A DNA stretch of 64,000 nt from Lingula anatina (lineage: Eukaryota > Animalia > Brachiopoda). A program made the position numbers and the translations under genes. The stretch spans positions 26,976,401 through 27,040,400 of the forward strand of contig CM120641.1 in NCBI GenBank assembly GCA_051362555.1, in the 5' to 3' direction. The notes under the pieces are model-generated. The model searched no databases and was not told the DNA's origin. It was given only the letters and a program-made list of their open reading frames with translations. This document shows, in pieces, positions 14,005-28,800 of the stretch. Numbering within the stretch: the first letter of the stretch is position 1; every line of letters begins with the position of its first letter.

Positions 14005-15922
14005 TACATTCATACACCAACATAAAAAAGATTTGGTCGGCGTTTTTCTGAAATGAAATCCTCGCCTATCTTTTACAGGCCGACATTTGTTTCTTTTTTG
14101 ATAACCAACTCCCTGTGTGGCCACACAAACCGAGGTGAGTTGAAACGTCAGAGAAAATCTTTCTTTGCCGACTGTTCCCCTGTATATATTTCTTCTTCGT
14201 TCTCTAATATGTCAGTGGGAATTAAAACATTTGTTTTTGATACCGAACCAAGATATTCTCATTGACATATACTAAAACCGACACCGTCTCAAGAGTATGA
14301 TCCAAAAAAGACTTCATGCTTTACATAATTTCTTTAATTTCCGCTCTAAGTGGAAGTAAGGGTGTGCAGACCCGCAGTGGAAAATCTATCGTTCTGAACT
14401 CGACCCTTTTACGTAAACCCGATCCTATCATTGCCGACTGACCTTTCGGGGGTTCTCCAGAGTAGTTCTGCATAAATGTGAAGTAAAGGCGACCAGGTAT
14501 CAAATCGTGGATAATATAAACACAATCTTATTAAAACTGGGCGAGTGACACCGCTCGCTAACGATCCCTGATTAAGCGCGTCTCTGATCTTTGTTGGTTT
14601 AGGTTCAGGCAATCCCGTTACCTTGGGATATTAACTACCTGGGGAAAACAAACATTGTTCCATTAGACGGCGATGAGAAATGGAACCTCTATTAAAACAA
14701 TCACGTGAAATGTAAGAACCGCTTTTAAAGAATACCGGTAAGGAATATAACGAAGTGGCAATCGTCTTTAAAGGTTGGGATGGATGCTGTGAAAGTTCGA
14801 TGCTTTTAGTTTTATCTATACATGATGATAATTAAGAATGCAAAGAAGAAAAAAATCCAAATAGGTCTAATAACATTACGAAAATCATAGTTTTAAGATG
14901 GTAAAAAAGATACGCAAAGAACTACATCAAAATGGTTTTGAACTTGGGAGAAAAACTAGATGCGGACACATTTAAAAGTCACGCACTGACTCGCAATTAT
15001 AACGAGTTGAACGACAGGGCTTTTAAGTGCAATTGATAGAAATCCTAATATTTACAGGGACGTACACAGGTGAAATTGACAGGAAAGCCTTCGATGACAA
15101 CCTTTCAAATATTACTACTGTTCGTGCAAGTACCTAGAATTCCATAAATGTGCTCTTTCGTTAAGCAAAAAGCGACCTAACTTAAACCAAAAAATAGGAA
15201 ACGCATCTCCTTAAAAAAATTCATACCCGTCCAGAAAATGGCACATTCGCGTGCTTCGATCTAGTTAAGGCGGTACCTAACGGAAGAAATAAAGCAGAAA
15301 AGCGTAAGAATAAAAACAGTTGAGTTATTTATTAGACGGATAATAGCTTGTAGTACATAATGATGATTAGATATAATTAACAAGTGCGATACTTTTTGCA
15401 CCTGTGAGGGGAATAAAACGTGGTAATCGCTACTTTACGTGTCGTCGTTTTCACGCACAGTTTTACTTCAGAGTTTTTTCAAAGAGGACGTTTTGCAACA
15501 ATGCAAAACCATCCAATCGATTACCAAGCGTTACTAACAGGAGCATATGCACTGGTACAATAAAGTTTAATATAATTAATTAGCCCGTATTGATGGAGTG
15601 TGAATTTTAACTACACATGCATAATGTGCACCCTGTGACCGCCCGCCAGCCGTCCAGAGAAAGATCCGTCTGAACAATGCTTCTGCACATTAACAACGTT
15701 ACAAAATAAAAGACAACTTAGAACTTTATTGTCCTAACAAATTTTTAGGAGTTTATGAAAATGATCTTAGATATGTACATAAAACATCGCATATGTCATC
15801 CTTATATATTTTTTTTGCCAAAAATAAGCGTCTTTTTTATTTCACTAATGGTAAGGTACATGTAGGATAAAAAATAAAACAGCGCGACGTTTCCAGTGGG
15901 TTCATTTGAGATGTTTCCATAT

Positions 15923-15956
<34 letters not shown>

Positions 15957-15961
15957 TATGT
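15923..15961. repeat. (GT)n microsatellite
   Basis: Direct reading. Confidence 0.9.
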
Positions 15962-18628
15962 TTGTCTACCAAAAGTGGGGTTTTCTTCCAAGACTGTCGT
16001 CTTTATTTGCATTTGACGTTTTACCCTTAAACATTACGTGAGTGATTAAAAAAAACACTATAATCTTAATAGACTTTTTAAAAAATGAACTAGCGAAGGT
16101 TATTAATTAGAAGGGATTTTTTTTTTGTTATTCAAATATTCGAACGAAGAGAAAAAAGATAAATAAATATAAAGTTGTAAATTGCGTGCATTTTAATGGA
16201 AGCTATAGTCTGGTGTGGTACAAATCAACTGCTGTATACAAAGACACGTCGATCGCAGTAGATATGAGAATGAATTTTTTTTCATGCAATTTTCACGGTT
16301 GAATCCACAGTGGATGGGGTTGATATCTGCCTTGATGTGAACGTACGTTTGTGTCGCCTTGTCCAATATATCTTGACTGAGAACAAAGAGACAAGTTCCC
16401 ACACTAATAAGACAAAATTGTTTTTTCTCTGAAAATGAGAAATACCGAATAAATCTGCTATCAAATATCACGAAAACGTGAAATGAAATCTCTCAACCAC
16501 ACGACTTGAGTAATTCAAATTGCGCGGCTAGAAGACACAGTCATTTAAACAATTTTCGTTTCGTCAGTGTGAATTAAATATAGCAAATATGATTACGGTA
16601 TAACACTGCAAAAGGAGATATGCCTGTCTTTAGTATTAGTTATTTTTTGTATTATTTACGTATTTTGTTCAACGTCAATTGATAACTACATAGGACTATA
16701 ATTTCATATGATGTAAAAAAATAATAAAAACACAAGCGTAACATTTACACAAATAATGTCTCACTCAAAAAAATCCGGTAATTTGAAAATCAGTGCCTTC
16801 AGCATTGTTATCGATCACACATTTGAAGACAATACCTGTCCCAACCTGAATCTTCCTTAATACATGAACTTTACGAATTCATTACTACTTCAACATCTTT
16901 TTTGAAAAAAAAAAAAAAAAAGAAAATAGACAAAATCCTCTCTTTCCACTCCGAGAAAAAAAGGATCAGCTGGTATTTATATGGCAACTATTTTGAACCG
17001 AAGAGAATTTCCCACGCGTATCTCACTAAGGTGTAAGTTTGTTTTTAGAAATGAGTGCCGGTTCATCGGGGCTCCGGGCCTTAATTGGACCTGGAGTCAT
17101 CTCCAAGGAATCAAAACTCAATGGTTGGATTGAAATGTTGTCTCGTAATTGTCCCAGACATTTATCAAATAAACCAAGGACAGTGGATGCCTGTCGGAAA
17201 GATATTGATTGATGACACGATTGGCCAAATCATGTAATATCTACAATTACCGAGTACAAGGGTAACTTTACTGCGTGCTTTCTAAATAATTTATGTATAT
17301 TTACCATTAACATTTGGGATGGTTATTGTAATGAAACAATTCTGTTTAATGATATTTATCGTAAATACAAGCTGAAAAATTATACATAAATATTTTTTCG
17401 GGATTGTACTGAAAATAAATTAACTTGTTTACAATAAATAACTCAGAAAATTTCCGGAATAATCCTGGCATTCACCCAGATAACATTCCAGCGTGTGTGT
17501 GTCCTCCTCAAACACTAAGTATCTTTTTAATACATCGACGCATCAAAACCAATCATGTTAGGAGAGCCCACCACAGCTTGAAGCTAGCTGCCAGATCAGC
17601 CCACACTATGTTCTATTATCTGTCAATTGAGATCATCGCCCGCTATCCAAACTTTCCCACTCGTTCGTATTTCATGCTCTTTTATCTTATTTAGACTGTC
17701 AATATTTATTTTGAAGAGGGAGCCGACACTTGCGGGGAGATGATCTACTGGCCAGAGACCGACTGGCTGCTGCTAAAGTAGATGGTGAAAAATGACACTG
17801 GTCACTCTCGCTGGTCAGTTGGTTCCCGGTGGCTTGATTCTTGTTATTTAGATTTTTCAATATCTACACAATTTCGCCCACCATTTTTTTTTCTGAGAAA
17901 AAATTGTGGCCTAAGATACGGTTGTTGGGTCTTTGTTGTTATGTTTTTTTCAAAATATCTATAAGGCTATACGAAACTGATAAATGCTGCATATAATGCA
18001 AACAGCAATAAGACATAGGCTATGTGGGGCACGGATTTTTAAAGAAATGAAATTGTTCATTAAAAGCGAGTAACCACAGAATAACATGGGAAAACAAACC
18101 ACACGGAGTTAGGACATTATCAGGTTAGACAATGCCACAAAATGCGAAACCATTCAGCGAATCAAAACTAATAATATTGCTCAAAAGCTGCAAAACAGCG
18201 CAACACAGCCAGTTCTTTTTCTGGTAATTATCTGACAAGAGTAGTCTGAAATTGAGCGTGTAAAACCCGACAAACCATGCAAACACAAGCAGCAGGTGAC
18301 GAAGGCAAACCCGTGCGTCGACGGCACGCAACAAGACCGGGTTCTCTTGTTATGGCACACCGGGTCACCTCAATGATACACGCGGAGCAGCAGCCCAACA
18401 CACGGTCCACCGTGAGCTGCCAGCACACCAGCATCCATTACAAAAGGAGACAAACAATAGCGGTAGAGTATTTTCACTTTCCTTGCGGACTCTTTTTACC
18501 TGCACACCTCATAGATTTTCATAATTACACGCAGCACCTTAGCTAGTCCCAAATTTGATAAATGAAAATGAAAAAGAGCTTACCTGAACCATTAAGCAAC
18601 GTGCTTTCATGGAGATCCACTGATTGCT

Positions 18629-18641
18629 GTGCCCCCTAGCG
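18629..18641 (-). promoter_or_regulatory. Candidate CTCF binding site
   Basis: The reverse complement CCGCTAGGGGGCA closely matches the bilaterian CTCF core consensus. Motif match only. Confidence 0.4.
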
Positions 18642-21600
18642 GACAGCTAGAGAAAATGGAAGGAAACTTCATTTATCAAGAAATGTCTTTATTTTTTATT
18701 TTCAGTGCACATTTTCGTTTCAGAAATATTTGAGTGTCTATGGAAATTAACATATCTACTTTTTCTTTATATTTAAATGGACTAAGTGACACTTTAGAAA
18801 GACAAAAGATGTTGGGCGGTGACATACAGTGTGGTATGGTATTTGAGAACGGGTGTCAATCGCAGCCAGCGTGATACCAAGTGTATCATTATGGATAGTT
18901 CATCTCTGGTGTGAATGCCATACACCCTAAATTATGAAGGGGTTTTAGAAAACCACAACAAGCTATGGGAACATGATCTATTTATCGAACTCCGCTCTGT
19001 TTTCAATTTGTGACCTGTCACACTCATCACACGCAATCTGGTAACACAGTATCTTACATGAAAGAGTCGCCGAACATCGTCAGTTACAGATCGTGCATTC
19101 CGGGTTTATATCAGTCCCACATCCCTGCTATTAATGCCCATTATGTCTATTGTCTGATAGCATATCTTATTCTGGTTTTGTTCGGTGACACTGTATTTTT
19201 CTGGATCAGATGAACGTGTAAGTTGCTTGGATTTCTAAAGGAACTAACGTGCAAACAAAAAGCCACCAGTAAGTTGGTCACGGTAACAAAACCGTATGAA
19301 ATTTAAACAAACAATAGGCATAAGTTCTCTTGTCATTTTGACGGAAACTTAATCTGTAAAGATTTGCAATTTAATCCAGTCATTTAACATCTCACGCCAT
19401 TGCGATGTGCTCGTTTTCACACGAAATCGAGCAAGGTCTGTTTGCTTTGTGTAGGAGAGAATTTTCGCTGCTTTTTCCGATGCCATCTTGAGAAGCGAAC
19501 AAAGAGCTGGCTTTGAAGAACATTTTCAACCGATTTATTTATTCTTTATAATCGTCTGTGGCGTGTCAAGGTTGCTATCGAATCTTAATTACCGTTGCAT
19601 TTGGATAAAAAAACGTACGCGTCCCCTTCCTGTGCGCGTGTATACCGTTTTCCGTGTTATTGAAGGGGTGGGGTACGCTGTTATGCATGCAGGGAGAAAC
19701 ACGTTCTTACGCCATTGTTTTTCTTTCGAGCAGTCAGACAGCATAACAATGAACGTCACAAATTTGGTATCAGAGCTTTTGGTGCACGTGCGGGCGAATG
19801 GCATCCCAGCGTCTGCACATTTTCAGACAGCGTTAAAACTCGGTTTCTCCCGGAACCCTACCTCCCCTTGGTAGCGCAAAGCACATGCTAGCTCTGTGGG
19901 GTGTGTTTTTACTATTGATTGAGAGTCATTAAATGTATTTTTTTCGCTGTTCTTATTATTCAGTCTAGCAGAAAAACGCGTCTGGTTTGTTGAACACACG
20001 ACCCCCGATCACCTGGACTCTAAGGTTTTCATCATACGTGGTAACTTGCGGTAATCAACCCTAAGTCGTCTTTGAACAAGGTGTTTCCTTAATTACAAAT
20101 TCGGGCGCTTTCCTCCATGATCAGTGAAATTTAAACGAATTCACTTCATCAGCTTTTTCTTTGAAGAAAGCCGAGCCTCGGAAGAGTATCTCGGTGCTAG
20201 AGCGCGACCGACGTCTCCGTTTTCTCAGGTTAGAAACTGAAACCGACTAGGTTGTTAACTTTTGACTGAAGACTTGTACATACTAGACCCTGCCCCAGCT
20301 GTTGGAGAGCTTTATTTTTGACACTGTTAAAAAATCGAGATTTGACCTTCGATCTCTCTGTGAAATTTGAGGGGTCGGAATGTCACATTGACAAATCCAT
20401 TGCAAGAAAAAAAAAAAAAAAAAAGAGAAAGAAAGAGAAAACAAAAAATATATATACATCTAAATGAAACGCATTGTATCTTATCTATTGAAACTTGCAA
20501 TAACTCTTTCACCGATCATTGATATTTAATTCAGTGATTTCTCCATTTTCCATCGAAATAATTACTTCTTTTAATGATATATTTTTCTCTCATTTTAATA
20601 ATAATGACAAAACCAACCTACTATTTATCTATTTATTCACCAACAAGGAAGAGATCTCACATATTACAATATTTCAGAAGAAATTATCTGGGCTATTTTA
20701 ATTACTGCAACGAAGTAACTGTTGGGCAATATCACGGAAGCAATTAAAATTTAACATAATGCATCAAATAAATATCTAAAGGGGACAAAATATATCCATA
20801 TATATATTCAACCGTTTTTGAAAGTCAGTAGATATTGGAAAGTTAATAATGAAAAACTTGAAAAAAGGGTAAACTGTACAATGCATTGAAATTGCCACAA
20901 AGTGACACGCAAAAAATAATGATCATTTTTTCTATAAACAAAATGGCTCAATACTGTTTATTCTTATGCAGGTTGTCACATAAAACAATCGATGTATTTC
21001 AGGTTTTGTCGTGAGAACGGGATGAACTGTGTATTTCGGCATTGAAACATTTATCCAAAATACATATAAATGAGAATTTTCCTTGCCGAGAGGTTTTACT
21101 CACAGCTCTCACTAAAATATTCTTCCTCTAAAAATTATGTTTCAAGTCCGATCGATATATCAGTTCAAACTCTAAGCTCGTTCACTGTATCAATGGTGTC
21201 TTGGCAAGGGTAAATCTTACCAGCCCACGGTACATTGAACTAATGATGCAATTTTCGAAATTCGTTTAGAGTTCTTAGATTAAAAACGCTTATTTGAAAA
21301 ATTGCTTTTTTGACATTTGGAAATAATAACCACCAAAACGAACATCTAACGATGTCTAGCTCAACACCTGTGGTAAATCTGAACATGATAAATCATTTTA
21401 AAAACACGAATTCGTAGTTGTGCAAATGTTGATTTCATTAGCCAGCCGCCTAGGAAAAGATATAAATCATGACATATAAGCGAAAATAAGTCCTCCAAAA
21501 AGAGCTTTGAAAGCCAGATAAAATATTTCAGCAGCCTTGGCTTGAGATAAAAAAAGTCACGTTTCAGACTTAACAGTGTGTGTTCATTAAATCCCCCGGC

Positions 21601-23344
21601 GTTACAAAATAAATCATATCTAACTAGTGATTTGAAACGAAAATACATTTCAATTAACGTTCTGTAACACACAGAAATCGACAATTGGGTGTCTGTTTCA
21701 AATAAAAACTGCGAATAGATCATATTTAAAAGGCGTGAACGGGAAATATCTTAGATCAGTTTCACATGGCAAGATTTAGGGACGCGACACCAGTGACCCC
21801 GGAATCGAGTTTGTTTGTTTAGAAACGGGATCATAAATTATTTTACCGAACTCTTCACAGTACGATTTTCCTTCTAATTTTCCGTAAAGGAAGCAAAAAA
21901 CCCTGGAATCTTTATGTGCGAAAAAAAGAGAACACAAAAAGAGTTCAGTAATTTTGCCACCAGGTTATTCAATGCCGTATTATGCTTTACCGTGGGAATA
22001 AGATCTCTATTATGGCAGCTGAACTGCTTAAGAAAGGTAATGAAAAATAAATACATCTTTGTCCTCGGATGATCGTTTTGACTTATCATAATCGTGAATA
22101 CAATTGAAGGTACCGTGTTCGTTGCACTTAATGCTGTGAGCTGGTTTGTCGCCCGGCCAGGTACACCTTTCTGGGTTCGGGATCAAAATTGAAACTTTTG
22201 TGGAAATAAATCAGTTTGAATCTCTTCTGTTCCCGATTCTTCGTGTCGTGCGTTTGCAAGTGACAAAAAATGAGCAATGCTGCTTCTCACGCAATCTTTA
22301 CAATATCCTCACTACTTAAAACATCAATTTAGAAATTTATCAGTAAAAAGAGTTAATATTTTGCTTTTTGTCAATCTTAAGCCTACATAAAGAAAACGTG
22401 AAATGAGATTGATTTTAATTTTTTCGACGTAAGTTTTTGTATTTGTTTCAATAATTTCCCCCATTTTTACGTTTTTTTCAACTCTGAGGATAATCTTCAT
22501 CCCGCGTATAATGAATTGGTCGCCGTTATGTACAGCTTAAAATGTCCTGGTAATTCGACACTATCTAGAATTTTGTTCATAACACTAAATGTGTTTTAAA
22601 TCTACTAATCAAATGTTTTAATCTCATTTGTAAAGAAACCGACTCCCTGAGAATGTACTTCTTCGTAATCCAATGTTTTGAGTGGGTTTTAATTATACAT
22701 GTATAATCTAGTTACTCGGTCTTCTTTTACGTAAAAAATGGATCTTTTAATTGCTGTGCAAACTTACTCCTCTCCATAACTATAACTCCTTATCAATTAT
22801 AATTTTTTAGACAAGAACCCCATCTTATTTACTTATTACGGTGGGTTCACAAGTGACTACGAACTTTGTACGATTGCTTTTGGTGAGAAAACACACACTA
22901 AATGTTGAGGCAAATGCGTTTGCAGCAACAGTGGTAGAAGGAGTTTTTCATCTAGTTATTGAACTATCAAAACAATAACAAGGCAAACAGTCTTTCATCT
23001 TTATTGAATAAAATTAGACAGAAGTAAAGATAAGGCGTAAAAGAAAAAGAGAGTATTTTAACGTGCTTGCATGGCGCTTGTGCGTATATTTATTTTAGAT
23101 TGGACACTTATGATTGTATGGTTATGATTCTGAGACCATATAGAGATATGCTTCGAGACCGACGCCTCAAAGAAAACAGGATTCGCTCAAGGCCTATAGT
23201 GTGAAAATAAAGTGCAAACATTGTTTAGATTTTGCAACGGAAAAGTAAATATCCTGAAAAACAAGACGGGAAAAGACACGAAAAATTAACTTAAATGTAT
23301 TCATATTGTTGGCTATTAAGAGCACGTCCATCTTTATAATTAAT

Positions 23345-24110
23345 AGCCTGATACATAGACTACGGATTCCACGAATCGCCAAGAATTGATAACTTTTAGA
23401 AATCGTGAGGAATTGTGGAATTTCGCACAGTTCTGGTTGAAGTCTTGCCCCTCTAGGATTCAGTTACAAATTTTAAAATAGACTTAAGAAAATAGACTTA
23501 GGAATATTCTGCTTGAACAACACGAATGTTGTAAAGAAACAGCTGCGATTTGCAAGAGTGACTTTTAAGTTCTTAAAAGAATACTTCACGAATATTAGGA
23601 TTCAGTCAAGAGAAAGCAAAATAACTGCCGAATGCACCTGCCATTCCGGTACGATTATAAATATAATCTTGGCTATTCTTGAAATTTCAAATAATGTTTC
23701 CTCAAGACAAGTATAGAAACCCTCATCCCTGCTTGGGCATCTTTTCCTGGTATTCTTTACAGAATCGTAGTCAAATCTTGGTTATACAAATGCCTCACGA
23801 TTCTCAGAATAAGCTAAAAATACATAAGAATGGCTAGGAATGTACTAGGAATCAGTTACGATATCTAAGAATGTACCACGGGTTTGTTAAGGATTATCCA
23901 AGATATTTTTTGCATTCGGGAGTTCGGGAGCAAAATTTTTGAACAGTTCAAATTTTTGGCCCGATTTCACAATCTCTCAAGACTTGCAAGAACTGACTTA
24001 AAATATATAAGAATCAGTTAAGAGCTTCAAGATTTTATCATGATTAAACTAAGAACGCTTGAATTTATTAGTACCTGGCGATTAGTGGAATTCGTAGTCT
24101 GTGTCGGAAT
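23345..24110. mobile_element. Diverged MITE with ~30-bp TIRs
   Basis: acatagactacggattccacgaatcgcca (23353) pairs with tggcgattagtggaattcgtagtctgtgt (24076). Internally there are taagaat-like short repeats and the palindrome aaaatttttgaacagttcaaattttt. Confidence 0.65.
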
Positions 24111-25873
24111 AGTAGCATTAAATACTTTAAAATTTGATCTTAATAAGTAAATATTTTTTATGAAAAATCAATCTAACAAACAAACAAACAAACATAATTT
24201 TCCATTTTTTACGTTAAGACTTTTTACGTTGTGCCCTAGAAAATACCTTATATTTGTGAATGGGTTTATTTAAACTGCAGAAGAAAAGTTTTATGAAATA
24301 ACACACTCATTCGACACAAAATGACTACCGCTTTGTTGTTGTCATTTTCATTGCGTAAGACCATTTAACTTCTGATGAATAAAAGTAAAGATCGCAAGTT
24401 GCTTTTTAAGATTGAATTGAACTGGGTAAATGCGGCAGTTGTGCCAGCACCTGTGAACCCCTTACTCATAATAAGACAGACCAATGCATCAACATGACAA
24501 TAGACAGGTGAGTGAACTGTATCTGTCTAAGCCAGTTACCGCCGGGTAATTTTGAGTGGATACAGTATAAGACTTAGCACATTTGGCAATGAGGGGTTAT
24601 ACGATACTTTTGTATTAAATCATATATATCAGACTAACGTTAATATTTAAATCTATTTTTATTAGTTTAGTAAACCTATGAAGTAATATATATTGGCCCT
24701 TTTGAAGAGAGCGATTTAAAACAGCTATTTTCAGATCGGAATGTTTCGTACAAGGCTCTAGGGTAATTTGCATAACAACAGGCGTCCAGCGCAGTGCGAA
24801 CAGTCTTTCTGCCTGGTCACTTGACGGTTGGATCTCAAAAAGAGAAGACGCAACGTTTGGTGTACAGAAGTCAGGAGCCCGTACTGTCAGTGTTGCTGCT
24901 TTTTCATGGTAAGTAACAGTTCTTCTACGGCACAGTATTTATTTATTTACCAGAAGTTTGATTTATATTCTCGATTTTGAATGATATTATAGTTAAATTG
25001 ATACAGAGGACAGACTCCACATATCTCAGGCATAAAATTTCATCAAGTTACCGTGCACAAAGGTTCGAGTTAGAAAGTGCTCATATTGGGTGTCAACTGA
25101 TACAAACATGTACCAAGGGAAAATCTATTACAGATAATTAGTTTGATATTAAAGTTAACTTGAGTTATTAGATGAAGAGTTATGCGAAGTCTTCTGTATT
25201 TATTGTTCATCGTCGATAGATAATCAAATGTCTTTTTTGTGTACCCAAGATAATTTCTTGCAACTTTTATTAGTCTTTTTGAATTGAAATTCCTCTGTAT
25301 TTTGACTTCTCCATTGAGTCTTTACTTTGAAAATACTTTCTGATAAAGTTTCTTTTATGGACACTCTTTAGAAAGTGAAATTTCCTTTTGTTGCAGATTA
25401 TTCAGCATTGAATTGTCACTGTGTTTATATTGATATTTCAGATCTGCAATCTCCTATTCCAAGAAACTGAGAAATCATATGCAACTGATGAAAACATGCG
25501 AAGAATTCTGTATGATTAGGATTATAACACATGTATACGGCTTTGCACGCTCATACGCTGCTATTTGAAGAGTTGTTTAACGAAATAACATGCAATGTAG
25601 ACTGCGAAAGTGAGGATTCTATATATTTACTTGCATGTCATTATTTTTATGGTTCGAGAGGGAATTGCTGGATGAAAGTCGAGGAATATTGATCATTACT
25701 ACAGTCAACTGCCATTTCATAAAATAAATAAAATTGAATTAAATTCACTTACGTTCATTTGTAAATGTTTCTGAATGTTATTGTTTAATACCGAATGTTC
25801 TTATCTTAATCGAATTCACTTGAATAAAGACACTTTTCTGGTGTTTTTGTTTAATCCATTTCACTTGATCTAA

Positions 25874-28800
25874 AGATGCAGGGGTCAAATTGAAATCAAT
25901 TTTAAACTAAATTGTTAAATGTATTTCGTATTCTTTTGGATTTGAGACCGCGTGGTTTGTATCCACATCTTTTAAAAAAATTACATTACTTCAAAGATCT
26001 GTAGATGAGTTTTCGTTCTAAATTTCATAATTTGAAATTTTATTAAGCACATGCATAAACAAATATTGTTAGAATTGCTTTTATAGTTTTTCCAATTTTT
26101 TCAATATTTAGCTCCACGAAACTAGTATGAAGTCTTTATTAAATTACCTTTTCCACTTGACCTAAATCTGTGCATTGTAATTCTATACTTTTTTAAAGGG
26201 TGTTTCATTTTGAGTTTTCAAAAAAAATTCTGCATAATAAATGAAAAATCATCAAGTGTTTTGTTTTTTATTTCAAATAAGAAAGCTCAGAGAGTCTAAT
26301 GTAGTATGGGGTGTTAAATTGGGTAATTCCATTCAAATTGAGGGTGTGATTGGTTTGACCATTCCGTTCGATTGGAGGGGAAAAAGAAGGGTTAATAGGC
26401 GGTACGCGTCCAATCATTTAAAGGGTGACAGGTGGGACGACTTTATTCCATTTGAGGGGTGACAGGTGGGGAAGTCCATTCATTTTGAGGGGTGACAGGT
26501 GGGACGAGTCCATTCGATTTGAGGGGTGACAGGTGGGGAGAGTCCATTCGATTTGAGGGGTGCCAGGTGGGACGAGTCCATTTGATTTGAGGGGTGACAG
26601 GTGGGGAGAGTCCATTCGATTTGAGGGGTGCCAGGTGGGAAGAGTCCATTCGATTTGAGGGGTGACAGGTGGGGAGAGTCCATTCATTTTGAGGGGTGAC
26701 AGGTAGGGAGAGTCCATTCGATTTGAGGGGTGACAGGTGGGGAGAGTCCATTCGATTTGAGGGGTGACAGGTGGGGAGAGTCCATTTGATTTGAGGGGTG
26801 ACAGGTGGGACGAGTCCATTCGATTTGAGGGGTGACAGGTGGGATGAGTCCACTCGATTTGAGGGGTGACAGGTGGGGAGAGTCCATTCGATTTGAGGGG
26901 TGACAGGTTGGATGAGTCAATTAGATTTAAGGGGTGACAGGTAGGGTAAATCCATTCGATTTTAGGGGTTATAGTTGAACACGTCAGAATTATTTTTATC
27001 AAATAGCATTATCAAACAACAACAAAACATGTTCACTTTTTATTTTATTTCAATACTTCAAATAACTTACATTATTGATTGTAAACCACTGTCCAAGTGT
27101 GTACACAGACATAAAAAGTGCTATAAATAACAGTATACAGATGTGCCATTTATTATCAAATGGTTAAAAAAAATTTTCAAATCTGGCTTAAAATGAAGAT
27201 AAAAATTTATAAGATTTGAATTGTTTTATGACTATCGGTATCTATTTTCATGAGAGCAAAGCGAAACTTTAATAGATTTGTTCTGCAACACTTTTCAGCT
27301 TTCAACTGAATTTATTTCCCACTTTTCTCAAATTTAGAGACTCCTTTCGTCATACTTTGACACAGAAATCAGATGAGAAATCAGTGTTGTCTGTGGCAGC
27401 TCTAAAAAACATAAGAGATTTTTCTTCGACTTGTAACATCTGAATCACGTTTGCATTTTAACAATGTTGAATAGAAATGGCCAATTAAATAAACGTGAGC
27501 ATCTTTGAATATTTCAAACAAAGTAATTGCAAAAGTGTAAAATTCTTTCTAATCAAATGTCGCTACATTAAGTAATCTGATACATACAAAAGGTCATTTC
27601 AAACAGATCAAATATATTATGAAAGGCGTTTTTCTATCAGAATTCGGATAATTTACTCTATGTATCGAAATATAATTTTAAGTAGAGAGCAATGCTGGCA
27701 AATATACAGACACTTTCCAGAAAAAAACTCCATTGCGACATTTCAATATAAGCTGACACAGTAAAGTAAACACTAAACAATATTAAAATCTTGCAAAATT
27801 TCCCAGTGACTGACACCATGAAATGTGCACTTCTGCCTTCTAAATTTTTTCTTCTTTTTTTTTCCATGAAACACAAGTTCTCAATTAAAAGTATGCATAC
27901 AGATTCAGCTCTATTTAATTTTTCAGTAAAAACCTGGGACAAATGTTCCCAAAATTGAACATAACCTTTTATCAAATAAAGCTTACTTGTAAATTTAAAG
28001 TAAAGGAAAATATCGTTTTGCCCTTTTTGGGCAAACGTCACCAAAATGCATTTTTTTTTTAAATCGCGCATTTTTACCGAAAAAAGTCACTCAGTTAATT
28101 TTAAAACAAATGAAAATTATGGTCTTTATAGACGCCTTTGGGCAGCGCCAGAGACGAGATGAAGAGACACAGTTAAACAGAGTATATACATACTTTATAG
28201 TGTCTGCATACAAAAAACCAACGCAAGCAACATATTTTAAAAATATCAGCCCAGTAAATTGTCTTGTGACCAAATGCTGTGAGCTTGGTAATATTGTAAA
28301 GGACCCCGACGACCTAACGTGTGACAACTTCGCAAGCCGCTCAGTTTTGTGGCATGACGTCTAGTATCTGAAATATACAAAATATGCTGTTTTAAATAGA
28401 GAAAAATATTTTTAAAATTTTTTGTAACTGCATTAAACAACGATTAAGGACAGAAGTAAAATACCATGTCTACGTATACAGTAAAAGCTGTTTACATTCA
28501 TCAAGCTGGGGTAGCCTGCACATTTAAAGGTACATACGAACCGAGTATCGGATTCATGGTAACACATGTAAACCACTTCTACTAGTTTGTTATAAATAAA
28601 TATAAATGTCAAATAAATTCCACATGCCAAGGGATAAACTGAATAGATCACTCGATCAGCCATAAAAGAGCTTTAGACTTTTGGTCTGAAATTTAACCTA
28701 CTTTCGTGACCTACTTTTCTGCCCCATTGACATACAGCATCGAATTCTAGCAGAAAAATCTGTTCAAACACCATTTTCGGGTAAAATTAAACAATGCCTT

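Noticed and set aside
19488-19874. 128-aa ORF
   Set aside because: Non-ATG start, no recognisable domain and no supporting splice structure.
26417-26970. CRISPR-like appearance of regularly spaced repeats
   Set aside because: Units are contiguous with no unique spacers, there are no cas genes, and the DNA is eukaryotic.
26418-27002. 194-aa and overlapping ORFs with repeating PTCHPSNRMDS/LSPLKSNGL peptides
   Set aside because: Artefact of the 34-bp minisatellite: the same peptides appear in all three frames and there is no gene context.
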